Shown here: piece by piece, positions 29,810 through 40,713 of the stretch
Layout: every line of letters begins with the position of its first letter
How positions within the stretch are numbered: the first letter of the stretch is position 1
Assembly: GCA_965228855.1 (NCBI GenBank)
Contig: CBDDIJ010000005.1
Location: 992,001-1,056,000, forward strand
Reading direction: 5' to 3'
From: Candidatus Obscuribacterales bacterium
GTDB taxonomy: Bacteria; Cyanobacteriota; Vampirovibrionia; Obscuribacterales; Obscuribacteraceae
DNA length: 64,000 nt
Made by a program: the position numbers and the translations under genes
The notes under the pieces: model-generated
What the model saw: only the letters and a program-made list of their open reading frames with translations
What the model was told of the DNA's origin: nothing
Database searches by the model: none

Positions 29810-31264
29810 GTGAAAACCAGGAGCACTCGCATGGAAACATCCCGCCACGAAGCCGACACTCCATCGACTTCGAATACCCACTCACAACAGAACCCGTTGG
29901 ATCTGTTAGCACTTTCACAAGTCCAACCACGTTCTCAGAATACCTCGCCGCTGGAAAGCCCTGCCAGCGATGAGCGAGAAAAGGAAAAGAGTTTCGCTGC
30001 TCAAGCAACGGAATGGCTTAGCGACCGGATTTTCGGCTGCGAACCAAACCCGCTATTTGAAGAATCACTCTGGCTGGCGGCCAATGCGCTCTACGATAGC
30101 TCCTGGAGAAACGACATATACGAGGGCTTTCAGAAGGGCGATGCATGCAAAATGAAAACCGACAACGGAGCGATTGTCGAAGCAAACAAAGTGCTCGACA
30201 TGACTGAGGATCCGTACACGGTCGTACTACCCAAAGAGACGACGGAACAATTCAATCAGCACGTTGAAGGCACTAGAGAGTCGCTCGGCATCGGCATTCA
30301 ACTCGTTGAGAAAAACAATCATCATCAAGCAAAATCAAATATCATCGGAACGGTCTTCCCCGGTAGTCCAGCCGACAAAGCGGGTCTCAAGCCCGGCGAT
30401 CGAATTCTATCGGCAAACGGCGAGTCAACTACAAATTCGGACGAAGAGACAATCATGGGTCTGCTTCATGGAGACGAAGGCACCAGCGTAGCATTGAAGA
30501 TCGATCGCGACGGCAAAACATTCGATGCTCGCGCAGAACGTGCCGACGTCGTCGAGCCCGCTACAATAAGTAAGATGGTAAATGGAGATACGCTCTATGT
30601 GCGCATGTTCGACTTCTTGAATCAGAAAACTGATGTCGAACTCGAGAAAGCGCTAAAGGATAACCCCAATGCAAAATCGATACTGCTCGATCTGCGCGGT
30701 AACGGTGGTGGCAGGCTAGACGAGATGATGGAAACCGTTTCGCTCGTGATGGACCAGGGCCTGCTATTCAAAGAGAAACTGCGAGATATGGATAGAGACA
30801 AGATTGTCGAGACTTCCGCAAATCTTGATGAAGACTCGATTTCGATAGTCGGCGGTCACCCGATCGTCAATCAAGTTCCTCGCCACGCTAATCTCACTGG
30901 CGATAAACCGCTCGTAATTCTGACCGACAAAGACACGGCATCAGCGGCGGAATTGTTTACAGCCGCTCTAAAAGACAATAATCGCGGTTATGTTATCGGC
31001 GATACTACGTTCGGAAAAGGTGTAGGTCAAAGCACGCATGAACTGAGCAATGGCGCGATGCTTCTGGTAACCAGCGCACGATACGAAAGACCCAATGGTC
31101 AGTGGGTCGGCGATGGTCACTTCAACAAGATAGGTATCAAGCCGGACTACACTCTTTACAGTTCAGCACCTGCAGACCAATACGCGCCGACCTCGAAGGA
31201 AGACAATCAATATCAATTTGCCCTGGGCTGGCTGAAGCGCGCTGAAAGAACCAGAGGAAACTGA
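29810..31264 (+). CDS. S41 family C-terminal processing peptidase with PDZ domain
   Basis: DPYT, GIGIQL, PGSPADKAGLKPGDRI, LDLRGNGGG, TASAAE (Ser), TFGKG (Lys), GIKPD. Confidence 0.92.
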   Translation: MKTRSTRMETSRHEADTPSTSNTHSQQNPLDLLALSQVQPRSQNTSPLESPASDEREKEKSFAAQATEWLSDRIFGCEPNPLFEESLWLAANALYDSSWRNDIYEGFQKGDACKMKTDNGAIVEANKVLDMTEDPYTVVLPKETTEQFNQHVEGTRESLGIGIQLVEKNNHHQAKSNIIGTVFPGSPADKAGLKPGDRILSANGESTTNSDEETIMGLLHGDEGTSVALKIDRDGKTFDARAERADVVEPATISKMVNGDTLYVRMFDFLNQKTDVELEKALKDNPNAKSILLDLRGNGGGRLDEMMETVSLVMDQGLLFKEKLRDMDRDKIVETSANLDEDSISIVGGHPIVNQVPRHANLTGDKPLVILTDKDTASAAELFTAALKDNNRGYVIGDTTFGKGVGQSTHELSNGAMLLVTSARYERPNGQWVGDGHFNKIGIKPDYTLYSSAPADQYAPTSKEDNQYQFALGWLKRAERTRGN

Positions 31265-31275
31265 GTATCGCCGAA

Positions 31276-32292
31276 TCACTTCTTCGGCGAGTCGATCTCA
31301 GTCGGCACAACCGGCTTCATTCCTTTCGTTCGTTCCATCAAAACCTTGTCAGCCTTCTCGCGCATCTTTCGGAGCTGATCTGACTTTGCAATCAACTCTC
31401 CGGCAACGATGTTCTTCAGACGATCAACGAAGTAGCCATCGACTTTCAGATAGAACGGTCCGGTTGGCTGTTTAATGACATAAAAATTGCCATCAGCCAT
31501 CTTGCCGAATACGAAATTCAACCTGCCACCGCCTTTTTTGGTGATGGTATATGAGAACGCCGGCGACGTAAGTCCGTACGAAGGTGCGTTTTCCGTACCC
31601 AATACATCCGACACATCAATGCCTCCAGCATTCTCAAGAACCTCACCACCGGTCAGGGCGTCGACGGTCGTGGTTTTGTCACGACTGGTGAGATCGAATG
31701 CCTTCTGTCTTCTAGCAAGCTTCAACTGTGGCAAATCAACGGCGATGATGTTATCCGGCTCAACATGCAGAATGCCGCGATCGATCCAGTCATCGACATT
31801 GGTACTCGCATTTTGCGATGGAAGCTCAACCGCGTTGATTTCGGTCTGCCGAGCAATTCTGAAGTGGACCTTGTTGAAGCCGGCCGCAGAGCCGATTAAA
31901 TATGTGTCGACTTCTTTTCCAGCCGCGCTCAAAGTGATTTTCTCTTGAAAATTATTGTCAGCGACACGGAATCGCGGTGCAGCATCTTCTGTTTTCGCAA
32001 CCGGCCAACCTTTTGTATACGCCTTAAGACCATCGAGCAAACGGCTCACAGACTCAGGTTCAGCCGGATAGTCAAACTTGCTCGGCAGGACCCAGACATT
32101 GTCAGAATTTTTCTGAAGAACCAGAGAGACGTTTTTCTCTTCGAGAACGATTTTATCGACCTTCGAAAGATCAGTTTTAATCAGCTTTTCAGTAGATGGT
32201 GTACCGCGTTGAGAATCAAAATATTTGATCCCGAACGCAAGAGAAATTTGAACTACAAAAAGCGCAGTCAATAGCGGCACAGCGTTTTTCAT
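31276..32292 (-). CDS. DUF4340-like protein of Gld-type ABC system
   Basis: N-terminal TM, W..P..FDYPA motif; 4-nt overlap with the upstream GldF/G-like gene. Confidence 0.7.
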   Translation of the reverse strand: MKNAVPLLTALFVVQISLAFGIKYFDSQRGTPSTEKLIKTDLSKVDKIVLEEKNVSLVLQKNSDNVWVLPSKFDYPAEPESVSRLLDGLKAYTKGWPVAKTEDAAPRFRVADNNFQEKITLSAAGKEVDTYLIGSAAGFNKVHFRIARQTEINAVELPSQNASTNVDDWIDRGILHVEPDNIIAVDLPQLKLARRQKAFDLTSRDKTTTVDALTGGEVLENAGGIDVSDVLGTENAPSYGLTSPAFSYTITKKGGGRLNFVFGKMADGNFYVIKQPTGPFYLKVDGYFVDRLKNIVAGELIAKSDQLRKMREKADKVLMERTKGMKPVVPTEIDSPKK

Positions 32293-35207
32293 TCTTCACG
32301 CCCCTCCGCGGCTGTCGCGTCTGTCGGTGAGCTCAGAGCAAGAATTTTCGCGTAGCGCTTTTGGGCGCGTCTGTGTACGATGAAGCGAACAATCCAGACG
32401 GCAAAGAGTGAGAAGAAAGCAAGAATGTAGTTAGCCGATTCAATCATCGACTGGTAGGAATCACTGAGCGGAGCAAGCGGACGAGAGAAGTGCCCGCGCC
32501 CACGAATTGCCAAAAGCTCGCGGTCGCCCATCGACCAATCGATCGAGTTTTCGATTATCGTGATTGGATTTAGATAGTGAGTTCCACCGAGCACAGATGC
32601 AAGTTGCAGCATTTCATCGGAGAGAAACGAGTTAGAAGCAAACACTACAATTCTCGAAGTCGAAGTTGATTTCTCAAGCAACGTGTTCACAACCGGCTCG
32701 TCGGGCACTTTGGCGGGGGTTGAAACAGGAGCCACTGTTTTCTTCACAGAATCCACCGGAGGCTTCTTGCCTTTGAAGTATGACTGGAACTGTCCTTCGA
32801 TAGCGCAGGCGATCAGATTGCGACCTGTTTTTGTCCCAATCGGAAAACCCAACTTGCTTCTGTCGAAATCCGGCTGTATATCGGTGCTTGGCGAAGTCCA
32901 AGATTCGGCGGAACTGTTCAGCAAACGCACAATCGTGTTGCCTTTATTTTTCGTCTCATCAATCACGATAGGCGAAGGCCAGTTCACAGTAATCTGATTG
33001 ATACCAGAGAGGATGCCACTCTGCTTGTCCATGCCGTCTGTGCGCACATCGACGAAGTATGGATAGGGAACCATTTGTGTCTCTTGAATCTTGAATCCGT
33101 TTGCGATTCGTTCCTGAGGAATTGGGAAACTGGAGTTCTTCGGATCAAGCACCATGGTGTCTTCAAGGTTGACTCCATTGTGCGCAAGCCATTGAGTCAT
33201 ACCTGAATCTAATTTTCGCCCTTCCAGATTATCGGAGAAATCGACATCGAAACCGGAAGTCGAAACTATCACGGTTCCGCCGGACATCAGGAATTGATCG
33301 ATGGCAAATAATTCTTGCTCGTTCATCTTTTCCGGAGCAAGAAGAATTAGAACGTCAATTTCGCTCGGAATTTTGCCGCCTTCGAATGACGCATTCGTTA
33401 CTGAGTACTGGCTCCCAAGCATCTGACGAATAGCGCTGAAGTGTTTAGCCTTCATATCGACGTTGAAGCCAGGAACGTCAGGTCTCTCAGTCCAAATACC
33501 GACGGTTTTCAGAAATCCTGTTGAGTAGCGCTGGAGAGCAGATTTGATGCTCTTCTCCAGAGACATCTTATCCAGATCCTGCGGGAGTGAAACTGGAACT
33601 TTTTGTCCGCCACTCTCCAGCACCATGTAGAAATAAAAAGTCTTATCGTCCAGCATGCCCAGCGCCATCGGGCGAAAGCCGTATTCGCTCTCGAGCTTCT
33701 TCGCCAGAACTCCGCCTGCGGCCTCCGGCTCTTTAAACGATACAGAAAACTTGCCCTTCGACTCCTCTTTGAGTTTATCAACAACCTCTTTTACTTTGGT
33801 CTTGAAGTCACGTAGCGGCTCTGGAAGATCGGCATCGGCAGAGATATATCCCGTGAAAGAGACTGGATCTTTGATGTCGCCGAACAAATTTCCTTCAGAA
33901 CGATAAGACGAGATCACCTTCTTTATGGTGCTGGTGATGTCATACTCGGGATTGCGAAGCTCTACCTCGATATCCTGCTCCCCAGTGGTTTTGACCTCGA
34001 TGAGGTCGCGGAAGGAGAGGGTTTCGAATTTGTCGCCATATTTAATTAGTACATCGAAGTACGAGTTCACTACAGCAGCCTGATACTTGCTCGCGGTTTG
34101 AAATACAACAGGCTTGATTCCGTACTTTTCGCCGGCTTCGCGCTCCAGTTCAGGGTTATCTAGAGGATCGACAAACTCGACTTTCACCTTTCCATGACCG
34201 GCAATCCCGTATTCATTCAACAAATCGCGCAGACGCGGCACAAGCGGTGCCAGAAGCGGATGAGTTTTCTTACTGAAGTACCCCCTGATTAGGAGCGGTT
34301 CTTGAAGATCTGAAAGATAACGCTTTGTCGTATCTGAAATCGTGAAGATTCGCCCTTCGGTAATATCAATTCGTGCAAAACCGATTTGTTGAAGCCAGAA
34401 GTTGCCGGCAACAAAATTGGCAATCATGAGCGCGGAGACAATCAGCCACTGCTTGTGTCGAGCGTTTGACTTATTGCCTGCCCATCGCAGTTTTTCAAGT
34501 CCAAGAACGTTTAACGATAGAAAGACTCCGATGATGCTGAGGTAATAGTAAAGATCGCGAAAATCTACAACTCCGCGAGTGATGGATTGAAACCGGGACC
34601 CCGAGCCAATTAACTTCAGCGTTTCACTCATCTCAGTCCCGAACAACGATGTCACCGGATCTGAACCAACAACGAGAAACAAAGCACAGACAAATATCGA
34701 ACACAATAAACTGACAATTTGATTATCTGTGCGAGCGCTTACGTAAAGCCCAATCGCGGTATAAGCGCCTGCAAGAAACATGGTGGCAATATAGCCGCCC
34801 AAGACCGGACCTATATCCAGATCACCCAGCGCGAGAACGGTAAGTGGGATCTGTACAGTCAGCGAAATCGTCACAGCGACTAGAGCCAGACATGCTGTAA
34901 ACTTTCCAAGAATCAGTTCAATATTGCTGACTGGCGAGGTTAATAACAATTCCAGCGTGCCGGAACGACGCTCTTCGCTCCACATGCGCATGGTGAGCGC
35001 GGGGACGAGGAAGATCAGAAGCGCGGGCATCCATTCGAACATCGGTCTAACGTCCGCCACGTTGCGCACGAAGAGAGGATCGGCCCAGAAGAAAACAAAA
35101 AGTGTGACGAATAAAAACGCGCCGATAAATAGGAACGCCGTTATAGATGAGAAGAAGGACGTAAATTCGCGCCGCGCAACGCGCATGATATTACTCATCG
35201 CCGCCAC
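32289..35207 (-). CDS. GldF-GldG-like fused ABC permease / extracytoplasmic component
   Basis: TMRMWSEERRSGTLELLLT, ELILGKF, NQIVS, DITEGRIFTIS, EYDITSTI, AIDQFLMSGG, NSIDW, LLAIRGRG. Confidence 0.9.
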   Translation of the reverse strand: MAAMSNIMRVARREFTSFFSSITAFLFIGAFLFVTLFVFFWADPLFVRNVADVRPMFEWMPALLIFLVPALTMRMWSEERRSGTLELLLTSPVSNIELILGKFTACLALVAVTISLTVQIPLTVLALGDLDIGPVLGGYIATMFLAGAYTAIGLYVSARTDNQIVSLLCSIFVCALFLVVGSDPVTSLFGTEMSETLKLIGSGSRFQSITRGVVDFRDLYYYLSIIGVFLSLNVLGLEKLRWAGNKSNARHKQWLIVSALMIANFVAGNFWLQQIGFARIDITEGRIFTISDTTKRYLSDLQEPLLIRGYFSKKTHPLLAPLVPRLRDLLNEYGIAGHGKVKVEFVDPLDNPELEREAGEKYGIKPVVFQTASKYQAAVVNSYFDVLIKYGDKFETLSFRDLIEVKTTGEQDIEVELRNPEYDITSTIKKVISSYRSEGNLFGDIKDPVSFTGYISADADLPEPLRDFKTKVKEVVDKLKEESKGKFSVSFKEPEAAGGVLAKKLESEYGFRPMALGMLDDKTFYFYMVLESGGQKVPVSLPQDLDKMSLEKSIKSALQRYSTGFLKTVGIWTERPDVPGFNVDMKAKHFSAIRQMLGSQYSVTNASFEGGKIPSEIDVLILLAPEKMNEQELFAIDQFLMSGGTVIVSTSGFDVDFSDNLEGRKLDSGMTQWLAHNGVNLEDTMVLDPKNSSFPIPQERIANGFKIQETQMVPYPYFVDVRTDGMDKQSGILSGINQITVNWPSPIVIDETKNKGNTIVRLLNSSAESWTSPSTDIQPDFDRSKLGFPIGTKTGRNLIACAIEGQFQSYFKGKKPPVDSVKKTVAPVSTPAKVPDEPVVNTLLEKSTSTSRIVVFASNSFLSDEMLQLASVLGGTHYLNPITIIENSIDWSMGDRELLAIRGRGHFSRPLAPLSDSYQSMIESANYILAFFSLFAVWIVRFIVHRRAQKRYAKILALSSPTDATAAEGREE

Positions 35208-35230
35208 CTTGGATCTGTTTGCGAACGCTC

Positions 35231-36178
35231 TCAGTCATCTCTATTTCCTCCGGCTATTTCTCCGAAGATAGTCTCCAGATCTCGCACCTGCGGATGAAGA
35301 GCGTACAGGCGCGCACCGTTTTGAACAAATGCGCGCGCCGCCTCAGGCGCGATTTCCTCAGCAGATGGCCCGGAATCGCTAGAAGTGGCAACTTCGAGTA
35401 CGTAATGATATTGATTGTCAGCCTCACGCGAAGATACTATGGAGACGCCTGGCAACTTATCGATTATAGATTTTGTTTTCTCTTCATCCTGATCGACTGA
35501 AACGAGAAGACGATTACTTGTACGCAGTGCTTCCATCGACGCATCCAGAGCCAGTTTACCTCGATTGATTATCAGAACTCGTCCGCAAACAGCTTGCACC
35601 TCTTGCATAATATGCGTCGAAATTACAACCGTCGCATTCTGTGAGAGTTCACGAATAAGTGAGCGCATCTCCTTGATCTGCGACGGATCAAGTCCATTCG
35701 TCGGTTCATCGAGAATCAAAATTTGAGGCGAATTCAAAATAGCCTGGGCCACACCCAGACGCTGACGATAGCCGCGAGATAGCGTGTTCACTTGCTGTAG
35801 TGCGACATCACGAAGACGCGTTTTATCGATTGCGTAGACAATGCGCTCGTTTTTCTTCTCTGCTGGCACGCCGCGTAGCGTCGCAATGTAATCGAGGTAA
35901 TCGAGCACCTTCATATCCGGATAGACCGGGCAATTCTCCGGCAAGTATCCGGTGTTCTGCTGCACATCGATTCTGTTGGAGGCGACATCAACTCCGTTGA
36001 CAGTAGCGATTCCAGCGGTTGGTTCGAGATAGCCGGTGAGCATTTTCATGATCGTCGTCTTTCCCGCGCCATTGTGCCCAAGCAAACCGACAATCTCGCC
36101 ATGCTCGATTTGAAAGGAAACATTGTCGACAGCAACGATCTTTCCGTATGTTCTCGTCAGAGATTCAGCCTTGATCAT
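35231..36178 (-). CDS. ABC transporter ATP-binding protein (GldA-like)
   Basis: GHNGAGKTT, LSRGYRQR, ILDEPTNGLDP, STHIMQEV. Confidence 0.93.
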   Translation of the reverse strand: MIKAESLTRTYGKIVAVDNVSFQIEHGEIVGLLGHNGAGKTTIMKMLTGYLEPTAGIATVNGVDVASNRIDVQQNTGYLPENCPVYPDMKVLDYLDYIATLRGVPAEKKNERIVYAIDKTRLRDVALQQVNTLSRGYRQRLGVAQAILNSPQILILDEPTNGLDPSQIKEMRSLIRELSQNATVVISTHIMQEVQAVCGRVLIINRGKLALDASMEALRTSNRLLVSVDQDEEKTKSIIDKLPGVSIVSSREADNQYHYVLEVATSSDSGPSAEEIAPEAARAFVQNGARLYALHPQVRDLETIFGEIAGGNRDD

Positions 36179-36269
36179 TCCAGTTCAACCGCAGTCAGCT
36201 CACGATGTCATGCGCCTACATGGCACGCGACGACCACTATTATAGAGCACTTGACTGAAATCCCTCCCC

Positions 36270-36896
36270 TTAGGGTTTCAGCAATGAATTTCGTTTGAGA
36301 GTTCCGGTTACGGCGGTTTCAGTCCTCGAGCCGGAACCACTGGCGGTACCACTTCCAAGTGGTCGTTCGTAAACAGCCGCTTGCTGGTCGGCAACCTTGC
36401 GAATCAGGCCGGGCGACGAAATCTTGGTCGGTCTCGTCATGCTTGACGGCGGCGCCATGCGACCTGTCACCTGTTGCTTTTGATTCAATAAACCATTCGA
36501 GCTCATTCCCTTTGGCAGGCTATTTTGCAACGACAACGGGCCGCTTGACGGAATGTTGCTACCGAAACGAGATTGCGGAAGCGCATTCAAATCGACGACT
36601 CCAGGCGGCAGCCCGCCACCAGCACCACCTGCACTCACCCGTATGATCTGCGGAGCTGGCACCGCTGGCGGTGTCGTGTCAACAACAAAAAGTTTTTGGG
36701 CCTCAGGTGCATTCGGAGTGCTCGTGACAATAGGATTCTCAGGAACAATCTGAATTCGCAGCGGCGCCGTATAAGGTTTACTCGCATTAGGAAGCTTCGT
36801 CGGATCGACACTCTGAAACTGGGCTCGAGCCTCCATGCCGCTCGTCGTAAATACAGTAATCAAAGAAAGCGCCGTCAGTGTCGCAAATTTTCTCAT
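36270..36896 (-). CDS. Secreted low-complexity hypothetical protein
   Basis: Signal peptide MRKFATLTALSLITVFTTSGMEARA; Pro/Ser/Gly-rich. Confidence 0.7.
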   Translation of the reverse strand: MRKFATLTALSLITVFTTSGMEARAQFQSVDPTKLPNASKPYTAPLRIQIVPENPIVTSTPNAPEAQKLFVVDTTPPAVPAPQIIRVSAGGAGGGLPPGVVDLNALPQSRFGSNIPSSGPLSLQNSLPKGMSSNGLLNQKQQVTGRMAPPSSMTRPTKISSPGLIRKVADQQAAVYERPLGSGTASGSGSRTETAVTGTLKRNSLLKP

Positions 36897-37132
36897 TAGT
36901 TGAACCTCGCATCGCGCGCCGATCCCCGCGCCTTTCCAGCGCAGAGACTACATATCGACTCGCTACTAAAGTATCAAAGTCGCACATCGCGACCGTCTTT
37001 CGCCAATTGTCATTCAACACGAAGGGACTTGATACAGGGAAAACCCTCATTCAAGTCCCGTTGTTTTCTTGTTTTCGCGCTCCCGGTTTCCATCGCACTT
37101 CGACAGACCGTTTCAAAACGGCTCCAAAACCG

Positions 37133-38398
37133 TTATCTCCAGTTCTTATTCTGGAATTTCAACCACATCTCCGCTTCCTTACCAGCAGGAAGAGGTTTCG
37201 AATGAGTCTGCACAGGCGTCGAAGAATAGTTTGATTGAACTGGTTGAGTTACCACCGGCTGAGTCACAACAGGTGTCAGCTGTGCAGCGGGTTGCGTCAC
37301 CACAGGCTGCGTGGTTTGTTGAACCACCTGCTGAGTCACTACCGGTTGAGTCGAAGGCGCGGTCGGCGCACTGCTATTGGTGGCAACCGGTTTCACAAGA
37401 TCGCCGCCCTTAGCTTTCATCTCAAGCACGCGTTTGTAGGTCAGACTCTCATCTTCCGGCACGGAGCGCGGAGAAACCGGTTTAGCAGCAATGCGTAAAG
37501 GTTCGCCTTCCCATTTGCTGTGCATCACAGGAGTTTGAAAGGCCTGGCGGTCGAACTTGACTTCAGACTGTACCTTGTCTTTCAAGGTATCGAACGCTGC
37601 TTGCAGGTCCGCCTTCTCTTGTTCTCTAGCCAGAACTTCGATCAAGTTGCGAGTAAAAACACCATTGTCGTATCGCTTTGATTCCCAGCTGCGTTGATCG
37701 GCGCCACTGGAGCTGATTACTATCTGACCTTTGCCTGCGATGGCCATCGGGTCGAAGTTGGTCGATCTATACAGGCCCTTTCCACCAACCTCGGCGGCGC
37801 CGCTGTTACAAGCGTCCAGCAAAAGCACAACGCGATCGCAGTGTGTACGTCTGTAGATCGTGGGAGCGAGGTCTTGAAGCAGAACTCCGGACGTGAACAA
37901 ATCGGATTGCTCAGTATCGTATGCAACAAGGAAGTTCTCGCCGCCTTTATCCAATTCACTCGGGCTGCCGTGAGTAGACGCATAAATCACAACAAGGTCA
38001 TCCGGCAAAACGCGCATCGGCAACCAAGTACCTGCGATCGAAGAGACTATATTGTTTCGCGTCGCATTTTCGTTCAACAACAAAAGCACATGGTCAGGAG
38101 CAAAATTTGCTTTCTCGACCAGAAACTTTGCGAAGTCCTGCGCGTCTTTAGCAGGGTAACGAAGTTTCGGAATTTTCGAATCCTTGAATGTACCAACGCC
38201 GATAACTACCGCCCACTTATCCTTAATAGGACGTTTTGAGGCAGATTCGTCAATAGCCTTCATGACCTTGTTCTCTGCCGACTCTTGCTCTGCGGCAAGG
38301 GCAGGAACGAAGTTGAGTATGCCTGTTACTAAAAGCGACATGCTTAAAAGCGAAAGCGCTCTCTTTGCACCATGCCGATTTTTCATATAATCCACCAC
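37133..38398 (-). CDS. Secreted caspase-family (C14) peptidase
   Basis: Signal peptide; KWAVVIGV, LRYPAKDA, STHGS (His), LDACNSG (Cys), SWES, NGVFT, QTP; PVVTQ-repeat tail. Confidence 0.9.
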   Translation of the reverse strand: MVDYMKNRHGAKRALSLLSMSLLVTGILNFVPALAAEQESAENKVMKAIDESASKRPIKDKWAVVIGVGTFKDSKIPKLRYPAKDAQDFAKFLVEKANFAPDHVLLLLNENATRNNIVSSIAGTWLPMRVLPDDLVVIYASTHGSPSELDKGGENFLVAYDTEQSDLFTSGVLLQDLAPTIYRRTHCDRVVLLLDACNSGAAEVGGKGLYRSTNFDPMAIAGKGQIVISSSGADQRSWESKRYDNGVFTRNLIEVLAREQEKADLQAAFDTLKDKVQSEVKFDRQAFQTPVMHSKWEGEPLRIAAKPVSPRSVPEDESLTYKRVLEMKAKGGDLVKPVATNSSAPTAPSTQPVVTQQVVQQTTQPVVTQPAAQLTPVVTQPVVTQPVQSNYSSTPVQTHSKPLPAGKEAEMWLKFQNKNWR

Positions 38399-38625
38399 CT
38401 ATATATCATCAGACGGAGCCGACGGCCGGAACGCCATCATTGCCCATAAGTTGAATTCGTACTTTCTCTACTTGGTTATAGATAATTTTAGGGCAGGAAA
38501 TTTATTTTTGCACAGCTAACTCTTGGCGACAACGTCAGACGGTTAATAAGTCCGCTGCAAGCCATTTTTTGCGTTTCAAAATTCCTTCGATTTCGAGCGA
38601 AACCGACTGTGCGTTCCCACACAGC

Positions 38626-39636
38626 TTAAAGAAGCTTGTTCTCTTCAGCCCAACGAATCTCGGCCTTAAGCGCAGCGTTTAGAGTCGCCCGCGGTTTAAA
38701 ACCGGTTGCCTGAATGAGTTTGGCGGGTGAGACGGTGGTTTCAGTAGTAAGCTTCTCGAGCTGTTCGCTGGACACGGGCGTCTTGCCGGGCATGAAGGTT
38801 TCAGCCATTTTTACGCCAAACTTGAGAAGACCGGCTGGAACAGAGGGAATTTTCTTCTCCATATCCAGTGCTTTCGAAATCTCTTCAGCCAGATCGTGGA
38901 CTGAAACCGCCTGCGGGTTTGCCACGTTGAAGACGTGATGTCCTTCCGGCACACGCGTGACACAAAGGAGAACGGCTCGAGCCAGGTCTTTTGCGTAAAT
39001 CAGGCTCTTGCTCGTATCACCTGCGCCGATGTGTTTGTAGCGCTGGTCCTTGATCTCCTTGATCATGCGTATCAAGTTACCCTTATCACCCTCACCGAAA
39101 ACGAGGGACGGGCGCAGGATTATCACACGCGGGATACCCTGGAGAGTTTTGAGAAATGCCTCGGAAGCGGCTTTGGAAACCGCATATGGTGTTTTTGCTT
39201 TCAGCGGCGCTGTTTCACTTACATCGGTAAACGGTCCCGGACCGTACACTGCCGACGAACTGAAAAATACAAAAGTATTGACGCGGTTGGCTACACAGGC
39301 TTCAGCCAGGGCTTGAGTCGCCCGAACATTTGCCACTTCGTATTCTTGATAAGGCGCATCGGGCTTGTGCGCTAGTCCCGCCGCGTGGATAACGACGTCG
39401 CAACCCTTGGTGAGCTCGCGGTGATCCTGCTCCAGCATTCGGGAGAAGTCGGCTTGATGAAATTCCGTCATGGCGAAATCGAACGCATCGCCGCATTTTT
39501 CGCGGGCTTCCAGTCGATCGCGGACCAGTGCTCTTAAGACACCGAGGCTTTGACCCTGCACGGCCGCTGCCACTTGCCGGCCAATCATTCCGGTTGCGCC
39601 GGTGACAAGTATTCGTTTTACACCATTGGATGCCAT
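38626..39636 (-). CDS. NAD-dependent epimerase/dehydratase
   Basis: VTGATGMIG, HAAG, SSSAVYG, YAVSK, LRPSLVFG. Confidence 0.9.
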   Translation of the reverse strand: MASNGVKRILVTGATGMIGRQVAAAVQGQSLGVLRALVRDRLEAREKCGDAFDFAMTEFHQADFSRMLEQDHRELTKGCDVVIHAAGLAHKPDAPYQEYEVANVRATQALAEACVANRVNTFVFFSSSAVYGPGPFTDVSETAPLKAKTPYAVSKAASEAFLKTLQGIPRVIILRPSLVFGEGDKGNLIRMIKEIKDQRYKHIGAGDTSKSLIYAKDLARAVLLCVTRVPEGHHVFNVANPQAVSVHDLAEEISKALDMEKKIPSVPAGLLKFGVKMAETFMPGKTPVSSEQLEKLTTETTVSPAKLIQATGFKPRATLNAALKAEIRWAEENKLL

Positions 39637-39675
39637 TTCAATCGCTTTTCTTGTTGAGTTACCGCTGCCGTCTGC

Positions 39676-40713
39676 CTACTTCTTGGTGAGGTGCATTGTG
39701 GGCGCCTCTTGTCGGCGGCTGTCCGATGCTGCAAGACCGCGCCGAGGCGCGAAGAGCCCGCGAATCAGGTTCACCAGGATGAACAGGAATGCCCGGCTCC
39801 AGATTGCAGCATACACCAGTATATTAAATGGTACCCAATATTTCTTGGCTAAATGCTTCTTGTAAAACACGTGCATACCTTTATGCAGGTTGATAGTAGC
39901 TCCGACCGGGCGTAAGCGGCTCGAAGCTCCATGCACGTGATAAATCACGCTGTCAGGAAGATAAACGACGCGATAGCCGTCTTCCTTTATTCGCCAGCAC
40001 CAGTCAATGTCTTCACCGAACATAAAGATGTCTTCATCGAGTAGACCTATCTTGTCTACCACCGATTTGCGAACCATCATGCAAGAGCCTGATAAAGCAT
40101 CTACTTCCAGCAGTTTATCCGGGTCGGCGTGGGTGAGGTTGTATTCGGAAAAGGTCTTGCTCTTGGGAAATAAGTGGCTCAGGTATGTCAGGCGGTAGAA
40201 CGATGCGCTCACACTTGGGAACGACCGGCGGCAAGCCAATTGCAGCGTCCCATCCGGGTTAAGAACCTTCGGACCGACTGCGCCGCAATCAGGATTCTCA
40301 TCGAGATAGGTCGCCATGAGCGAGATAGCGTCCTTCGTGACCTCGGTGTCCGGGTTGAGAAGAAGGACGTATTTGCCCAGCGCCGTCGGAATCACCTGGT
40401 TGCAAGCGACGGAGAAACCGACGTTTGCTGAGTTCTCAGTGAGCTTGACATGGGGATATTTGCTCTTAAGCATCTCCACACTGCCGTCTTGCGAATCGTT
40501 GTCCACGACCAGGATTTCAAAAGACTCATGCCCACTGTCTTCACGCGCAATAGAGTCAAGAAGCACCGCGAGCAATTCCGGTGTTTTCCAGTTCACAATC
40601 ACTATTGAGACAGTCGGCGTTTGTGTCATTTTTTCTTTGAAACCAATCTCGTTCTCGTTAAGAAATCTTACTAAGTCTGCCCCGTCACGAGGCGAAAGCG
40701 TCATTAGTTTCAA
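39676..40713 (-). CDS. GT2 family glycosyltransferase (WbbL-like)
   Basis: [40 protein letters not shown]; true start may be 40704 or 40629. Confidence 0.9.
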   Translation of the reverse strand: MKLMTLSPRDGADLVRFLNENEIGFKEKMTQTPTVSIVIVNWKTPELLAVLLDSIAREDSGHESFEILVVDNDSQDGSVEMLKSKYPHVKLTENSANVGFSVACNQVIPTALGKYVLLLNPDTEVTKDAISLMATYLDENPDCGAVGPKVLNPDGTLQLACRRSFPSVSASFYRLTYLSHLFPKSKTFSEYNLTHADPDKLLEVDALSGSCMMVRKSVVDKIGLLDEDIFMFGEDIDWCWRIKEDGYRVVYLPDSVIYHVHGASSRLRPVGATINLHKGMHVFYKKHLAKKYWVPFNILVYAAIWSRAFLFILVNLIRGLFAPRRGLAASDSRRQEAPTMHLTKK

